Under the pieces are notes generated by a model. The model made no database searches. It was not told where the DNA came from and saw only the letters and a list, made by a program, of their open reading frames with translations. Below, one piece after another: positions 26,801-41,800 of a DNA stretch of 64,000 bases. Every line of letters begins with the position of its first letter. Position 1 is the first letter of the stretch. The position numbers and the translations under genes are program-made. This DNA is from Tubiluchus corallicola (taxonomy: Eukaryota > Animalia > Priapulida): contig JAQGDQ010000089.1 in the NCBI GenBank assembly GCA_030141605.1, forward strand, positions 1 through 64,000, written 5' to 3'.

Positions 26801-29800
26801 GATATTCTAGTTTTATTGAGCTAAATTAACACAAGTTTTGTCTAGTTTCAGTCCACTCTGTCATGTAGAACTGTCACCTGGTGGAGGAGCAGAGATAATA
26901 TGCGATGCTTGTGAAGAGGGTTACCGTGGAGAAAAATGTGAATTGTAAGCAAATGTTGTGCGTAAAGTTTGAATTCATTTATACTGGAGATGGAAATCAA
27001 ATCGTTTTTATATCAATGTTTTTTTTCAAGTTGGAGAACATAACTGAATTGTGTCTGATGGAAATCATAATTCTTACATTTCTTACTACTAGCAATTAAT
27101 ATGTTTTGCCAGGTGCATGGATGGTTACTATGGCAACCCGTTGCGAGTGGGCGACACCTGCAAACCATGCAATTGTAATCCTCAAGGCTCAGTTAGCGAA
27201 ATGTGCGATTCGTTCACCGGACAGTGCGAGTGCTTTCCGAGTATTACTGGACGTGCGTGCGATGAGTGCGAACCACGACATGCCGTCACCGAAGGTGGAC
27301 GGTGTAAATGTATGTGTCTAATTCCCATACAGGTCATTGGTCTAGGAATTTATTTTCTAGAGATTGCTTTCATTTGTTGTTATCACATTTGTAGTTCTCT
27401 CCGTATTAACTCAAAAAGCTAAAGATAAAAAATGAACTTTTTGGTTGTTTTTTGTTTTGCATTACTAAATTATCGTACAACTATCGATTATCGTATACAT
27501 GTAGTTTCTTTTCTGTATGGTATGAGCATATGTATCTGATAATTATGGTATAAGCGGCAACAACGGCTGTTATCACACTGATTTGGAGTAAAATACGATA
27601 CTTTTTAGCCCTTAGTACAATAATCAGCATCATACAAAACAGCAACCCTAGCCGAGAGTTAGCCATAGAAAAACATGGTTCCATGCTTGCTCTTACAACA
27701 GTGTTATTTATTAACAGTTAAATAATTATTGCATTTTTTTATGCTTGAGATTAAAAAATATACTTTTACAGGACTGGTTCAGGTAGTATATGAATGTACT
27801 AAAAAATTTATAGAATTCCCGGCCAGGTGTGCAATAAAAAATATTATCCGGGCGATGAGACGGAAACAGTATTTTTATTGTCACCCTAATATACTTATTG
27901 CCCCCCCCCCATGTGTGTGCGTGCGTGCGTGTATAGTCATTCACATTGTATTAACTTTGGCTTCTACAGCTTGTGATGAGGGCTGCACGAAAGATCTGAT
28001 GAAGTCTGTGGATGAACTAGAAGACATAGTTGCTAATCTTAACATCTCTGGACTTTCTCCAGCGCCATGGAAACCACTCCTTATGATCAGCAATAGAACA
28101 GATGCTTTGAGGGTATGAATATCGTGCAAAATTGTTTATTTTTGATAGAATGATAGTTTGTGTTTTTTCCACTGAGCTGCTTCGCTATGTTTCCATTATT
28201 CAGTGTTGAGACTAAGGCTTCAATACTCAAGGTAAAGGCAGGTTCAGCATTATGACATGTATGACTAAAAGATGTAGTGAATTTTAGTAGCAAAAGTCAT
28301 AAGATTTAATTTCTTTAAATGCTTATTAAATAAAGCCTGAGTTAGGTTACATGTATATGCAACAGTTGAACATGTGCATTTGTTGCCAATACTTCATAGT
28401 CAACTCGTGCTGAAATATCAGCCTGAAATACCTGTTTTAAAGTTAAAAAGCTAAAAGCAGTCTTACAATTATGAGTCTGGTTTGCATAAATAGCCTTATT
28501 TGTTTTTTTTTTGCTCTTAGGAAGAAGTAGATCAATGGAATGAAGCTATGGATCAAGCTAAGAGCATAGCTGATAGTGGAAGATTGTTTAGCATCGAGTC
28601 CAGCTTCGAAGTGCTTTTGGTACAGGTAGGTCGGTTTATGATAGCATAAATTGCAGTATGGGAGAGGGAAGAGAGGATAATATTGCTATGTTGCAACAGG
28701 TACAAATTAATGGTGCACTTTTTATAATGAATGTCAACCGGTTTGATCACATCACACCTGTCTTGTATCATCTGTATTGGTTGCCTGTTAAATACCGTAT
28801 TACTTTTTAAATTTTATCTCATAATGATGCTCCTCAATAGATCTGTGAACTTCTTTCTTGTTTATTTTAATTTTACTAAAAAATATGAGTTTTATGCTAT
28901 ACAAAAATAATGTCATATCATATAGAGGAGAAAAGGGGTAAATAAAGATGAGGGAAATGGAGGGCGTGGGATAATATGGGGAGTGTCATGACAAAACTTC
29001 TTTAGAAATAGTTGGGACAGTTTTCTAAGTGGTTATGGAAGAAAACTAGAACCGTAAGTGTAAGTTCTTAGACTCACATTGTTTTAATGATTTGTCTAGG
29101 CTGGTGGTGATGCAGAGGAAGCTGAAGTGGTGGCTGAAGATGCGGCTAAAGCAAAACACGATGCTAAAGTAGCCGAGGAAGATATAAAGCTTCTGGAAGC
29201 TGAAATAATCGGTTTGTTTCATTATGACAGATAGGTTTGAGCCTTAATTGTATAATTACACATTAGTATGTTGTTCAACATAATAATTATATTGTCCAAC
29301 TACATGAGATCTGGAATGACATGTGTAGTGAATATTGTGTCACCTGAACAAATCTTCTTCAAATTCATTACTAAATTTACAGTAATTTTTTCATTTACCG
29401 AGTCGTTAGGTTGGTAATAGCTTTGTTCAGTATGCATTTTAGTATGTTTTTACAGTGTAGTGATCTTCTTGCTAAACAGTTATATCACCTCTCATAATGA
29501 CAGTGTGAATGGTGTAACTTATTGGAGCTATTTCAATAGAAGGAATATTGTTATTAAGTGACACTCTGTCTTCTTTATTATCTTCTTTAAAGTGCCAACT
29601 TTTTTTATTGTTTTGTTGCAAAATTACCAAACAACAATATAATATAGCAAGACACATTATGATAACATGGTATACATAGTTACATTAATTTCATAATAAA
29701 ATCGGCATGGCATGATAATTATATAAATTGTTGCTTGCATTATAGTCAGAAGCGTTACTTGTGTGACTATAATGCAATTAATGGTGCTGGTGTTAGAGTG

Positions 29801-32800
29801 CAAAAAGGAAGGTAAAAAATGATGGAATGATAGTGGAGAGTGCAGGAGATGGGAATTAGTAGGATTAGGTTAATGAAATGATGTGAATGAGAATGAATAT
29901 GAGATTGCTATTAGGACATTACAAATATATATATGAGCAGAAGTACGCTGTGGGCCAGTCTGTCGCTTAGCGTGAATCTGAACATGCGTCATATACTATG
30001 CAAGCTCAACCTTTAATATGAATTTAAGAATGAGGCTTTCAAAATCTTGGTAACGACGAAATTGACTTAATATTTGCAGGTACTTTGTTCCTTAGTCCTA
30101 CACCGGACAATTGATACTTGTTAAATCTAGTATTGTGATATTTTTGATTAAGATTAACAGGATTTAACGAAAAAAGATGGCAGAGATTTATAGTGAGTTT
30201 TGTGCATGAATATGCTTATATTATATTTAACGACCTAATTTTCCACTGTTTTCATGTAGAGTGTTCTGTTAGACTGTTATATATGTATTCTTTAACCAAA
30301 ATTCGTATGTTTGGCTTTTTCAATACCTATGATGATAATATTATTTTTACAGACACGGTGCAGAATATACACTCACTAGTACAAAACAAGACAAGTAGCC
30401 TAAATGCAACATCAGCACTAGAAGAAGCTGAAGCCATCTTGAAGGAGATCAAGGATAGAAATTTTGGTCTTTCCAAATACAGGGCTGATAACGAGCTAAG
30501 GTGAGATTTCATGTTTTGCTTGTGAGCAGTAAACATTTGCCAGGTTTTGTCACTTTGCCTCTGGAGGACTTAAGTGGGTTTGTACTGATGTAAGTTGGTC
30601 CTTAGTGACTCATGCTGCTTTAACAGTGAAGGACACCATGTTCTAATTTAATCTGAAAACTAAATACAGCAATTACAAGTCTGTTCCTGCAACAAATTAT
30701 TTGTTGCTAACACGCTACAAGCACTTGTTGTTTGGTATGCAAGCTTATGTACTGTTTCTTTGTTGAAGAAATTTGTGAAATAGTTCGAAAAAGATTGTTT
30801 AACTTGGAATTAATACAGAAACAATGTGAAGCATTTTCAAGCTTTGTAGCAATTGATTTACTTTAAAAATGTTCACATTTGAAATTGTAGGATGTTATGT
30901 GCAGATAGTTAGATAGTATGTAATAGTCACGCATAGTTTATTTCTAATTGTAATCAGGGAAAATCTGGAGGTTACATTAACAACATTTTCATCAATTGTC
31001 TTGTACACTTGTGACTGGATGTCATGCCACTATCAATAACCATCTTTTCCTATAAATAACACAATAGGTCATCATTACGAATAGTATAACACAAAGCCGT
31101 ATATGAAATGCCTCACCAGTCGAAAATTTATCTACCTTTACATGCACTGTCTAGCATTGCAACATTTTAAAATATATATAATTACCAATTGTACACAGAC
31201 AAACAAAACTGGGATTTGGCTAGTTTGTATCTTGAACATTTTTAAGTTTGCACTCTTACAATGGATCAGATGCTGAAGAAATTCCAATTATCCCATATCA
31301 TTAAGTGGTGAACTTACCTTAAGCTCATTTGCAAAGTGAATTTACTTGAAGTAAAAAATTTTGATTCCTTTAAGATATAAACATGTATTTGTTTCTTGTC
31401 TATGCAATTTAGTTGTACTTACTTCGTATATGTGTAATTTAATATCGAAGTTGTATGGTCATAAAGGCTTTATAACATTTAGGATTTATGGTTTAGGATT
31501 TTTCATAATTGTGTAATTACCATCTTCATTCTACCTGAATTCTGAAATATACCACCTGTTTGCTGCAATACCTATCCTTGGCAATTTTCAGTGTTTTTCC
31601 TGGCAGTTTTTATTTTGTTATATTTATTACCATGCTTTTGCTTTTAACCTCACATTTTATTATGTATATTCAATTTTAAGATTTCTATGTAACAATCATT
31701 TTTTTATATTTTCACCTTTTTTACTAGTGCTGCAAAAGAAACTGCTGAGAAAGTGTTTAACATGACCTTGAACCCGTTAGAGGTTGACAAGGTCACCGAA
31801 CATTTAGATGGCGTACGTATCAAGTTAGAAGAGCTGGTCGATATTACGAATAATGAAGTGAGGAAGCCACTGGACGAAACAGTTGCCATAGTTACAGAAA
31901 ATAGCAAGAAGCTAAAGAAATTGAAGGTAATATTTTTGCATTCAGATTTGAAGCAGAAAATAATAATATTATAAGTTACTGGCAGTGTTTTGCACGCGAT
32001 ACATGATACACAAGCGAAATACTAGAACAACTTCTATTCAATACATGAATGTAACAAACGAAATTTTTAGGCATTTTTTTATATTACAGGAATGAAACGG
32101 ACAAAAATTTGAAAAAATACACAAAAACCAACAGCAACAAAAACTTAATAGTTTGTTAAATAGCTTGTAATAATAAAACCTAGAATTCTTTCCTACCAAA
32201 TGAAAGACGCCGTGATTTTATCTAATCGTACAGGAAATCTGGCCACTCACTTATTCTAAGATCAGACTTATGCAGATGGTTAGTTATAGATATCTTTGCA
32301 CATGTGGCCACATAATCAGCTGCAAAATTTACAAATGTTACATTGTAAGATAAAGGAGCTAATGGAGTTTATTAATAATTTACTCACCGTTGTTTTTATT
32401 TATTTAAGTAAACGAGAGTAGATGTTTCGAAAGTAGATGTAGATACATGTTGAAGCTGAAGAAAGTAATAGATACATACATGTAAACGATGCAAAAGTAG
32501 ATGTAAGGTAGAAGAGAAAAAAGTAGAAAAAAGAAAATTTGGTAGTTTCTGAGAGATACTTTATTTACATGCATTTGCAGAATTGGTGACACAAATATTA
32601 ATACGGCTGTCTCACTGATATCTCTACATGAACCTGCATTTTTTACCAGTTGGAATTTTTAGGTTTTAAGACAAGTTATTATGAAAACGAACAGATTTTA
32701 AAGCTTGAGAAAGTTTTGCAGGCTTGTAAGTTGATTCCGTCCAACGTGTAGCAGACTAACTAGACTGCATGGAAAAATTACTGACTTTAGAGGCATTCTC

Positions 32801-35800
32801 AAGCGTATGGTTGGAATTTTTATTATTTATATTTAAATGTGCTTTTGTTGCCCTTACTCTCTAATGATTAACAAAAAGAGAGATTTATTTTCTAATCTGT
32901 AAATATGGTCAGTAACTAAATACAAATTTTCTTTTATTATGTTTTTGTTAATTACTGTTTTTATATTTCAGTTCTGCACTAAATACATTATTTTGCAAAA
33001 CTTCTGTTGTTCCAAAAGTCTCTAGTTACTATTAAAAAAAGTATCAAAAATCTGTAGCAATTACAGTTACAGGATCCAAATAACAGTTTAGTTGGCGAGT
33101 CTTTGATTCGTGAGAATTTTAGTAGCATCAAACTTGGTTTCATAATTCTACTGCAGAGATTTTGACTTACACATTCTCCTGTTTCCCTGCTCTCCTAGTT
33201 CTTCTACGTTCCACGCTGTTTCCTGTATATAGCCATGCAGCGAGTTTAAATATGCGTTCTAGAGTCAGCATGGCAGCAGAGGAAAATGGCGTAAAACTTC
33301 ACATACAGATTAAAAAATTCTTAATTACTGTAGTAAAGTGACCAGATGAATGTCATTGGTCGATGATCTGCAAAGGAAATTTAAAAGCAAATTAGTGAGT
33401 TACGTATGAAATACCCTGTATTTTTTGCAATTATTTATTTATAAACTTGAATCGATGCATTAGTAAATAGTTAAATTTTATTTTCAGCAAAACACGAAAA
33501 AGACGAGAGATCTTGTGAAGGAGGTGACCAAGATGTTAGTGGAGGCAGAAGACTTGCTAGCTGATGCAAATGATAACATGTACAATGCAACTCATCACTA
33601 TGAGGTACAGTCTTTTACCAGCCTTGCCAACTCTGAAGCGTTAGGCGTGTGTCACACGTATTTTTAGTTGTTCACACCCGCACAAATTTCGGTTCTCACA
33701 CATTCCACAACTTCACATGCAAGTTTGCAAAATTTGCTTCCTGGCTTCCTTTGCTTTCACTACCAATAGTGACACAATTGATGTATCAATAACACAGCAG
33801 CATTCATGAGTCTAGCGACGTGTCACTAAAGGGTATTACAGTTTTTAAAAAATTAAGTACTTTTGGCTGCTATTGAGTTTTTCATTTGTACAAAAACAGA
33901 TATATATATATATAAAGAATAGTGACTGCAGTAATAGCATAAGAAAACTCAGTAGTACCCAAAAATTATCTTACTTTTTTATATATTTTTTTGTTGTAAT
34001 TTTTGATAATTTCATTTGTATACCGAAAAGTGCACACATTTTGAGGCATAATTTACCCCCCCCCTGCCAAGAGAAAGATGATACCCAGGCTCTCAACGTT
34101 TCCCACTCATTTTTACATCAATTCGTTGGCAGGTCTGCTTTTGTCAAGATGCTTAATTATTACCTGCTTAAGACTGTGGAATGTGAACAATGAATATTAG
34201 ACTGTGCATGTCAGTTGGATTGTCAGGAGGTGAATTTGAAAAAAGACAAAAACCGAGCATGTCTATTGAAAATTTGAACAAATAAAAATAAAGTATTGAA
34301 ACTATAGTTGTTTGGTATATAAATTCTATTGTTGATTTCCGTTTAAATCTTGCACTACAATTAATGTATTTGTTGCATTTTGTGCATTTTGACATTCGAG
34401 TTTAAAGGTCAAATTTAATGTATTTACAATTTTTTTAATTTAGAAAGCTACACATAACATTAAATTTCACATTAATTTTATATTATTTACTAAATATGTT
34501 TGTGAGACAGCAGATTGTGAAATTGCTTTTTTGAATTTTTAATGCAACAAGAGTCGTGGTTATTAGAAGCTGTGAACAATTTCAAAAATTACTTTTTGAA
34601 AGATATCTTTTCTAAATTTTTGTCAAAAATTTAAAATTACTAAAACTTCTAGGCGTGCTGTTTCTTTGATTTAATTTTGACCTTTTATACGTATAATAGC
34701 TTTTAGCTTTGCATTTAACAATTTTTATCTTTTGCTTTTCAGTTGTAATTGGCTTTTTGTTTTAACGTTTTATTTGAATTTATTACTTACAGCCACTGCT
34801 AGCCCCCATGGTGAAGGTGGGTCTCTCTCTCTCTCGCTAAAATGCAAACTCTGTCCTGTAACATTTTCACATGAATATTGATTAGTGGTACCCAGGCTAG
34901 TTACTGTGACAGTTGTTGTGGAATTCATTGTTTCATTAAATTGTTTCCGTTTCGTCTTCAGAGATAATTGCTTGAAAAAATCGATGCCTGATTATAAATT
35001 TCATGACAGCTTTTGGCACAAAAAATGAAAAGTGAAATAAGTCATTAATCAATTACTGCCACATAGTCAGAAGTTGGTCCTGTTTTGAGTGTTTTCCAAT
35101 TTGATGCACGATATTCAGCCTGGGTGTTGCTGGTCAACTTTCTATGATCTAAACGCGTCACAAAAATTCAAGCACGATCATGTTTCCTTTCAACACCTAG
35201 TTGTCTAATTTGCATGATAGAGTGAAAAAGTAAAGCTTTTTGCTTCCGTCACCTTTAAAAACATCGTTTTGCTCGTATCAATTGTAGCCTTTAGGTTTTT
35301 TGTAATAACTGTTGGTAAACTGAGAAAAATTGCAGCATGTGTTGACATCGTCGAAGATTTTGCATTAGTAAATATGTGATACACCTCTTTCACAATAGAA
35401 GGTATGTTCTTCCCATCACATCTTCTTGCTTGCACGCCATGCACCGCCATTTTCTGCCGATAGTTTTCTCTTCCATAGTTAATTTTATATAATCCAAAAT
35501 CGTAAGATTTAATAAATTAGAAATTAAAAGTAAAATGCCAAGAACACTTTAACATATTTATCTTGAAAGCTGATTTTACAGCTTATGCACATTAAATTCA
35601 TTAATGATAATGTTAATGATAATTATTTTTTGTAAAGTGTATAAATCGACAATTATTGTCATCAGACACACTAGAAAATAGATCTACAATTAAGAATGAC
35701 TTCAATAAATTATAAGCCTACACTTAAAATTTGCAAGGCAACTAATTAAATGATATAGTAAAAAATAAGCTTTAAGACTCACACTAATTAAACATTACAG

Positions 35801-38800
35801 TAAAAAAGGTTTTAAGACTCGTTTTAAACTGTTAAAATCAGTAACAGAATGCCAACTAAACAGAAGTTTGTTCCATTCACATGGAACTGCACTGGCAGAA
35901 GCACACTCACCATACCGAGTGCCAATGAAGCTAGGTGAAGTGAGTTTTAGCCATTGGCATAAAAACTCTTTTGCAAGAAATATGGACATCACATTTGAAA
36001 CATCAGATCTTTTTCAAGTTTTCTGCTGAATGTCACAATGTGAAACCTTTTAATATGCCAGAAAAGCTATAAAGATAGCATTCTTGATGTTAGAGTATTT
36101 TGGAATAAGCCTTTTTACAGTTTCGTTGTATACACGTGCAGTTGCTGTAGCTCAAATATTAAGTGTATCACAGCAACGTGTCTTAACAACAACCGTCACA
36201 TGACGTGGATAAACCAAAGACGTCTGCCACGTCACTTCTGTAACTTCAAGTGAACTTTACTTAATTATGCATTAGTCTGTGAGATGTAGAATGATTTACT
36301 AGCAGGATCTTGCTTGAGAACAAGGAAACATGAACTAGGTAGAATTCTAGCTAGCTTTAAAACTGTACTATTACAATAGCATGGGCTGCCAGGCGTTCTC
36401 AAGTGTACACAAATGCGTTGTCTGGTACACTTAACTTTTGACGTTTTCACGATCATCATCAATCGCTGGAACTGTGAAAAGGCTTTAACAGGCATTAGAT
36501 GCATTAGATGAGGCAAAAGGTTTAAAGGCATTAGAATGCTTTAAGAATTAGCTCATAGTGAACTAGTTAATCTACTAAAAACAAGTTATTTAAAAAACAT
36601 AACAGTGGAGGTTTTTATTTTCAGATACTTAACATTTGACATATTAATCAGCGGATAAGTCTTTGTGATATGCCTCAATGTATCATAAGAAAATATAGCA
36701 CTCTGCTGATATATCGGTTACATCAGTTTTTCTTGCTAACAGTTACCAGTATCGTATAGAGAGCACTTTGTAAAACATAATAGATTTGCAAAAATAGTGG
36801 AACCTCTTACAACTAGACAAATGAGCTACATTAGACCCTGAAATTAACACTACTTTAACTGTGTATATGCCAAAAATGTTTTTCCCGTTTTAACACCCAC
36901 AAAAATAACACGACTTTGACATTTTTCTTTCGTAGGCCTTGCGGAACTTGAAGGATAATCTGACATACATCTCGTATGATGCCATGGCTAAAGGAGGCAT
37001 TCTTGCCCAACTCTTGCCTAAATACAGTAAAGACTATTTGGAGCCAGCTGAGAGACATGCGGAGGAACTAATGAGACAGGCCCAGGCCTTGGAAGAGTAA
37101 GATTTTTTAGTTACGCGTCATCTAACCATGTTACATAAATGATTTTCTGTGCTACATGTGGGTGAAAAAATAAGAGTAGATGTGATTCAAAAACTTCACG
37201 AATTTTGTTTCTTTTACGTCTAGAGCGCATGTAAAGCATTTTATCAACTGCTGCAAAGCACGTGCATAATGCGCGATGTCATTTTGCAAGTTCAGCTAAA
37301 CAAACAAGTGTTTGAAAATGAATAACAATCTTTCGCAATTATTTTTCTCTCATTTGTGCAACGAATAATCAGATCGACACACGAAACTCGGGTGAACAAT
37401 TGTTTAGGACAAGCAACAGAACCTCTTACAATAAAATCCCCATATTTTAGCATCTGTCTTATAGCATCTTTAGTATCCAATAAAATATAAATAAAATATT
37501 TTCAAATGTTGACACTGGTCGAAGCAGCTGGATGGACACGGACATCCCATTTCAGATCCCGAAGCTAATTCCGGCCTTGCCTGTAATTATCGATGCTTTT
37601 GTATATCTGATATGCACATCTTTTAGATTATACCTTAACAAGGCATTTACAATTTTCCACTCTACAAACCGAGATCTACCAGATCTCACTGCAGAATGTA
37701 CTCATTATAGAAGGTAGTGGTGGGACCGGAATCTATATCGTTATCAAGAGTCGTCCTTTATATTGAAACACTTCACTGGCAGGCATGTCTTGGCCTCATT
37801 TGACTGCGTATGCACCTTCTTTAAACTAAGTGTAAATAGCTATAAGCAGTTTATAAAAGCTTTTTTCCGACTTGTAAACCATCCGTTTACCTACTAGGTT
37901 CAGCGTTACTTAACATTGGTTGCGAAGCAAGTTAAAGCAATACAGCTTTATCAGGCAGCTACTGCCTTATATCTCTACACAGTACAATACAATTCATGTA
38001 ACAAGCTCTTTTCTGGCACTAAATTATGCGGAATTAATATGTGCACATAGAAAGTAAAAATTTGAAGATTTTTATTCCTCTTGAAACTTACTTTAGTAGG
38101 TGCCACATAAACGTTCCTTTCATGATAAATTTTGCCAAGTTCTTTTTTTCTAATGAAATAAATTCAATCGTATTGTTTGTTGCAGTCAATTTGCCGGTGC
38201 CAGGGAACACGCTGCTGATCCATTGAAAGCGGCCGAGGTGTACAAGAACATCGTCAAGGCAATAGACGAAGCTAACCAAGCTGCCACCGAAGCCAAACTC
38301 GCAGCAGAGAAAGCTTATGACAAAGCTGCACAATCTGGTCTTAACGAACGTGCGAAAAAACTGAAACTGAAGAGCGGAAAGATTCTTGATGAAGCAAAAG
38401 CGCTAAATGCAACAGGCAAATCTATAATACATTTAATTTCAGTTCCTTTTAGTATTTTTACTTAATTGTTACTTTGTCTTTTGTTTATACTTATTAGATA
38501 AATACCAGGTAATCATTAAAAAATTATGTTACTTATTATGTGTTCTAGAAATGAATTTTTTGTTTAGAAATTGCTTTTTATTGTGCCTGTGTCTGACTCG
38601 TGGATCCCACAGTTCTAGGTGTTTCCCATCTAACCGGTATCACCAATGTTTTTTAGATAATGCCTTACCATAAACATAAATTGGTGCTTATATAATATAA
38701 ACTATCACCTCAACGTTTTTGTGTGATGTTTTAAAAATGATAAATTACTCTGATGTAAAACTGGCTTTAGTAATTCAAAAACCTGACAATTTTCATCCGC

Positions 38801-41800
38801 TACCACGCCACCCATCTCCAAGGTAAACAACAGATTTTTTCTGCAAAAAATGATGTATATGTAGAATTGTGACCACTGAGATGCTCCCTCATGGTCACAC
38901 AAGTTTTAACACACAGAGGTGTGAATTTAATTTCTTATAACTATTAATTTTTATGAATAAATTAAATGTCTTGTAATCGCTACTCCATATAATGCCATAA
39001 TATTCCACCTTGTACATGAACTGTGCTTTAGCTTAAGCCATCTTACAATAATGCATATATGCTGTTTTACAGGTCTGCAAAATCTACTCGAATATAAGAT
39101 TGAAAAGTTGGAAGAAGTCGATGAAGTGATACAAGATGTGCGTAGTGCCCTCTATGATCTGGAATATGAAGCTAAAAGTTTGCCATCTGGTAGGAATGAG
39201 AAACACTTTTGCCTTGTGATTTGACATGAAATTGATTTGATTTTCTCGATATTTCATTTCGAAAAACAGGAATTTTTCATTCAAAAATCATTTCAGATTT
39301 AACGAGTAAACTAGAGGATGCTATCACCAAGGCAACGGAAGCTGAAGAACTGGCGCAGGATGTGACGAATAGAGCAGAGGAAATGCAGGATCAGATTGAT
39401 AATGATCTGTTGCCAAAACTTCGAGCAATTCAAGGCTTAAGCACCGAGGCATTTGATAATGCATCATTGGCTGGTAATAATAGTACAGCTTTAAATTAAT
39501 TAGGACGGGATTTGAGTCTGGCTCATTGTTTTGTTCAGTGCCTGTTATAATCATATCACATGGCTTGCTGAAAACACTGTTGCTGTGTCTTTGAGATTTA
39601 CAGAGAACATTATTATTTCTAAATAATCATTGAATCGGATTGTAAAGATATTCGAAATTTTAATATCCAATGCAATTCAGTCAAAACTGATTATCTTCGG
39701 GAACTGTAACAAAAAACCAACAATTAGGGAAATTTAAAATTATAACAAACAACAGCAATATCCAATTTTTAATCCAATGTCAACTGTGTAAGTATTGAAT
39801 CCAGGTAATAAAGTCACAGGTAAAAAAAGTCACAGGTAAAGAAGCCACAAAAAAGTTACAGGAAAAAGTCACAGGAAAAAAGAAATAATCTAATCCTAAC
39901 TTTAACCCCTAATCCTAACCCTAACCCTAAGATTTTTTCACATGCAACACCATCATATATAAATAGTGTTGTCAATACACACAAATCATGTATTGCCAGT
40001 TAATAACAGATTTAAAGTATTTTCTATTTTATTACTTTAATTGTTTATGGTACTTGAATAAATTGCAAGACTGACTTGAATATTTTTGTTTAATTACCCA
40101 ACTTTCTTTTCTAGTCAAAATTGTTCCAGCCATCATAAATTAATTGTGACTTTATAACCAGTCATTATAACGATCATCGCAATATTCCAATCAAGAAATA
40201 AATTGAGACGTTTCCATTATCCATTGTTCAGGATGCCTGGAAAGTGCTACTTGTTCTATAAAGTTAGATTGCCAAATCGCATTATATGATTTTTTATTTA
40301 CTTGCAATTTTGGTGTCATGCTCTGCTAGCAATTACAAACTTCATCTAATCATAAAACAATTTCTTTACTAGTTGCAAAGCCATAATGTCTAACTATCGC
40401 AAGCAATCTTAATTAATTATGTAATGTGTGTCATAACCAAACTTTGTAGTAGAAACCTTCGTGGATAAAAAGAAATCACTATCTTTTTCAGAGCAAGCCT
40501 GTTAAAACTAAATCACTTTCAGCTGTGCTCTGTATAATAACAATCTTTTTGCTTTTCCATTTTAATACATGTTCATTGTCTCAAATCTATGAATAAGTGT
40601 TGTTTCCAATATTTAACATATTTCTTTATTTATCATTTTGTGATGGAAAATTTGTGACAGATGTGTGTTGCTGTATTGTCCAAATTATCCATACTTGGTG
40701 ATGGTTTTTTCAGTTCAGCAAGCTACGTCTGACATCTACGAATCCCGTGAACTTGCATTCGAACTGGAGACTCGTGCTGAGACTATGCAAACATTGAACT
40801 CTCAAATCACCTATAACTTGAAGCAGTTGAGAGATAAGATCACTCTTGCTCGACATCGAGCATCTAGCGTAAGAATTTTGCTTTTTTTCAACTCAGTCAT
40901 GAGTAGAAAACGGCCATTTTACCTTAACATCATGTCTGTCAATCAATCTATGGAATTTCTCACTGTCGGCTTTTGTAAAGGTATGAAAGGTTGCAATATA
41001 ATCAGAGATACAAGTGTATGCTGGGGAAACATTACCTGTGCATTCTTGAACAATTACCATATCCTTAAAGAAATATAATAATTTAAAATTTTATCAAAAC
41101 CAGCAAACCATTTCATGGCTAACTTGTCCCTTTCTTAGACAATAAACTGGCTAATGACAAAAACTAAATTTGAATGATATATGGTAACATTTCAGTGTAT
41201 GGAAATTTATTTATAAACAAGGTCTTGTGATACTATTGGAAAAATTTAACATGATCACAGAGCCACCAGCCTTTAGTGTTTTTTCTGATAAAGAGATACT
41301 GTGACTTCTGGAACTCATCAAATCAAACTTTTAAATTTGAGCTATTAAATGGAGTTCTAAAAGTCCGACAATGCCCACAAAAAGCAGATCAAAGCAGAGT
41401 GTGATAGCGTATGTGTTTTATACCTGTGGCTGTGGCTCAATGGTAGTGTGATCGCTTCCCACCTGACCTGACCAAATCATGCCAAAGACTTAAAAAATGG
41501 CACCGCTGGTTCTTCGATCAAGCATGCAGGCTTATTGAAGTAACACGTGGGAAATAATAATAGGAAAATTAATAGTAATAATAACAATACTTGGAAATAA
41601 GTTTTGAGTTACTGAAGGGGTTATCCCTAGACTATGTCCTAAATGAAATTATTATTATTGTTATTATAAGTGTGAGTAAGCAGTCAAATGAGATAACCTG
41701 TACTTGAAGACTTGCTTGTATGTGCCTGGCTCTAATGTAGGGATGAAAAGGACCATGTTAAGTTTACATTCCACGCCACTCCTTTGACAGAACAGACTTT

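Noticed and set aside
39891-39930. Interstitial telomere or chromosome fusion site
   Set aside because: Only a few degenerate units, embedded in a dispersed repeat.
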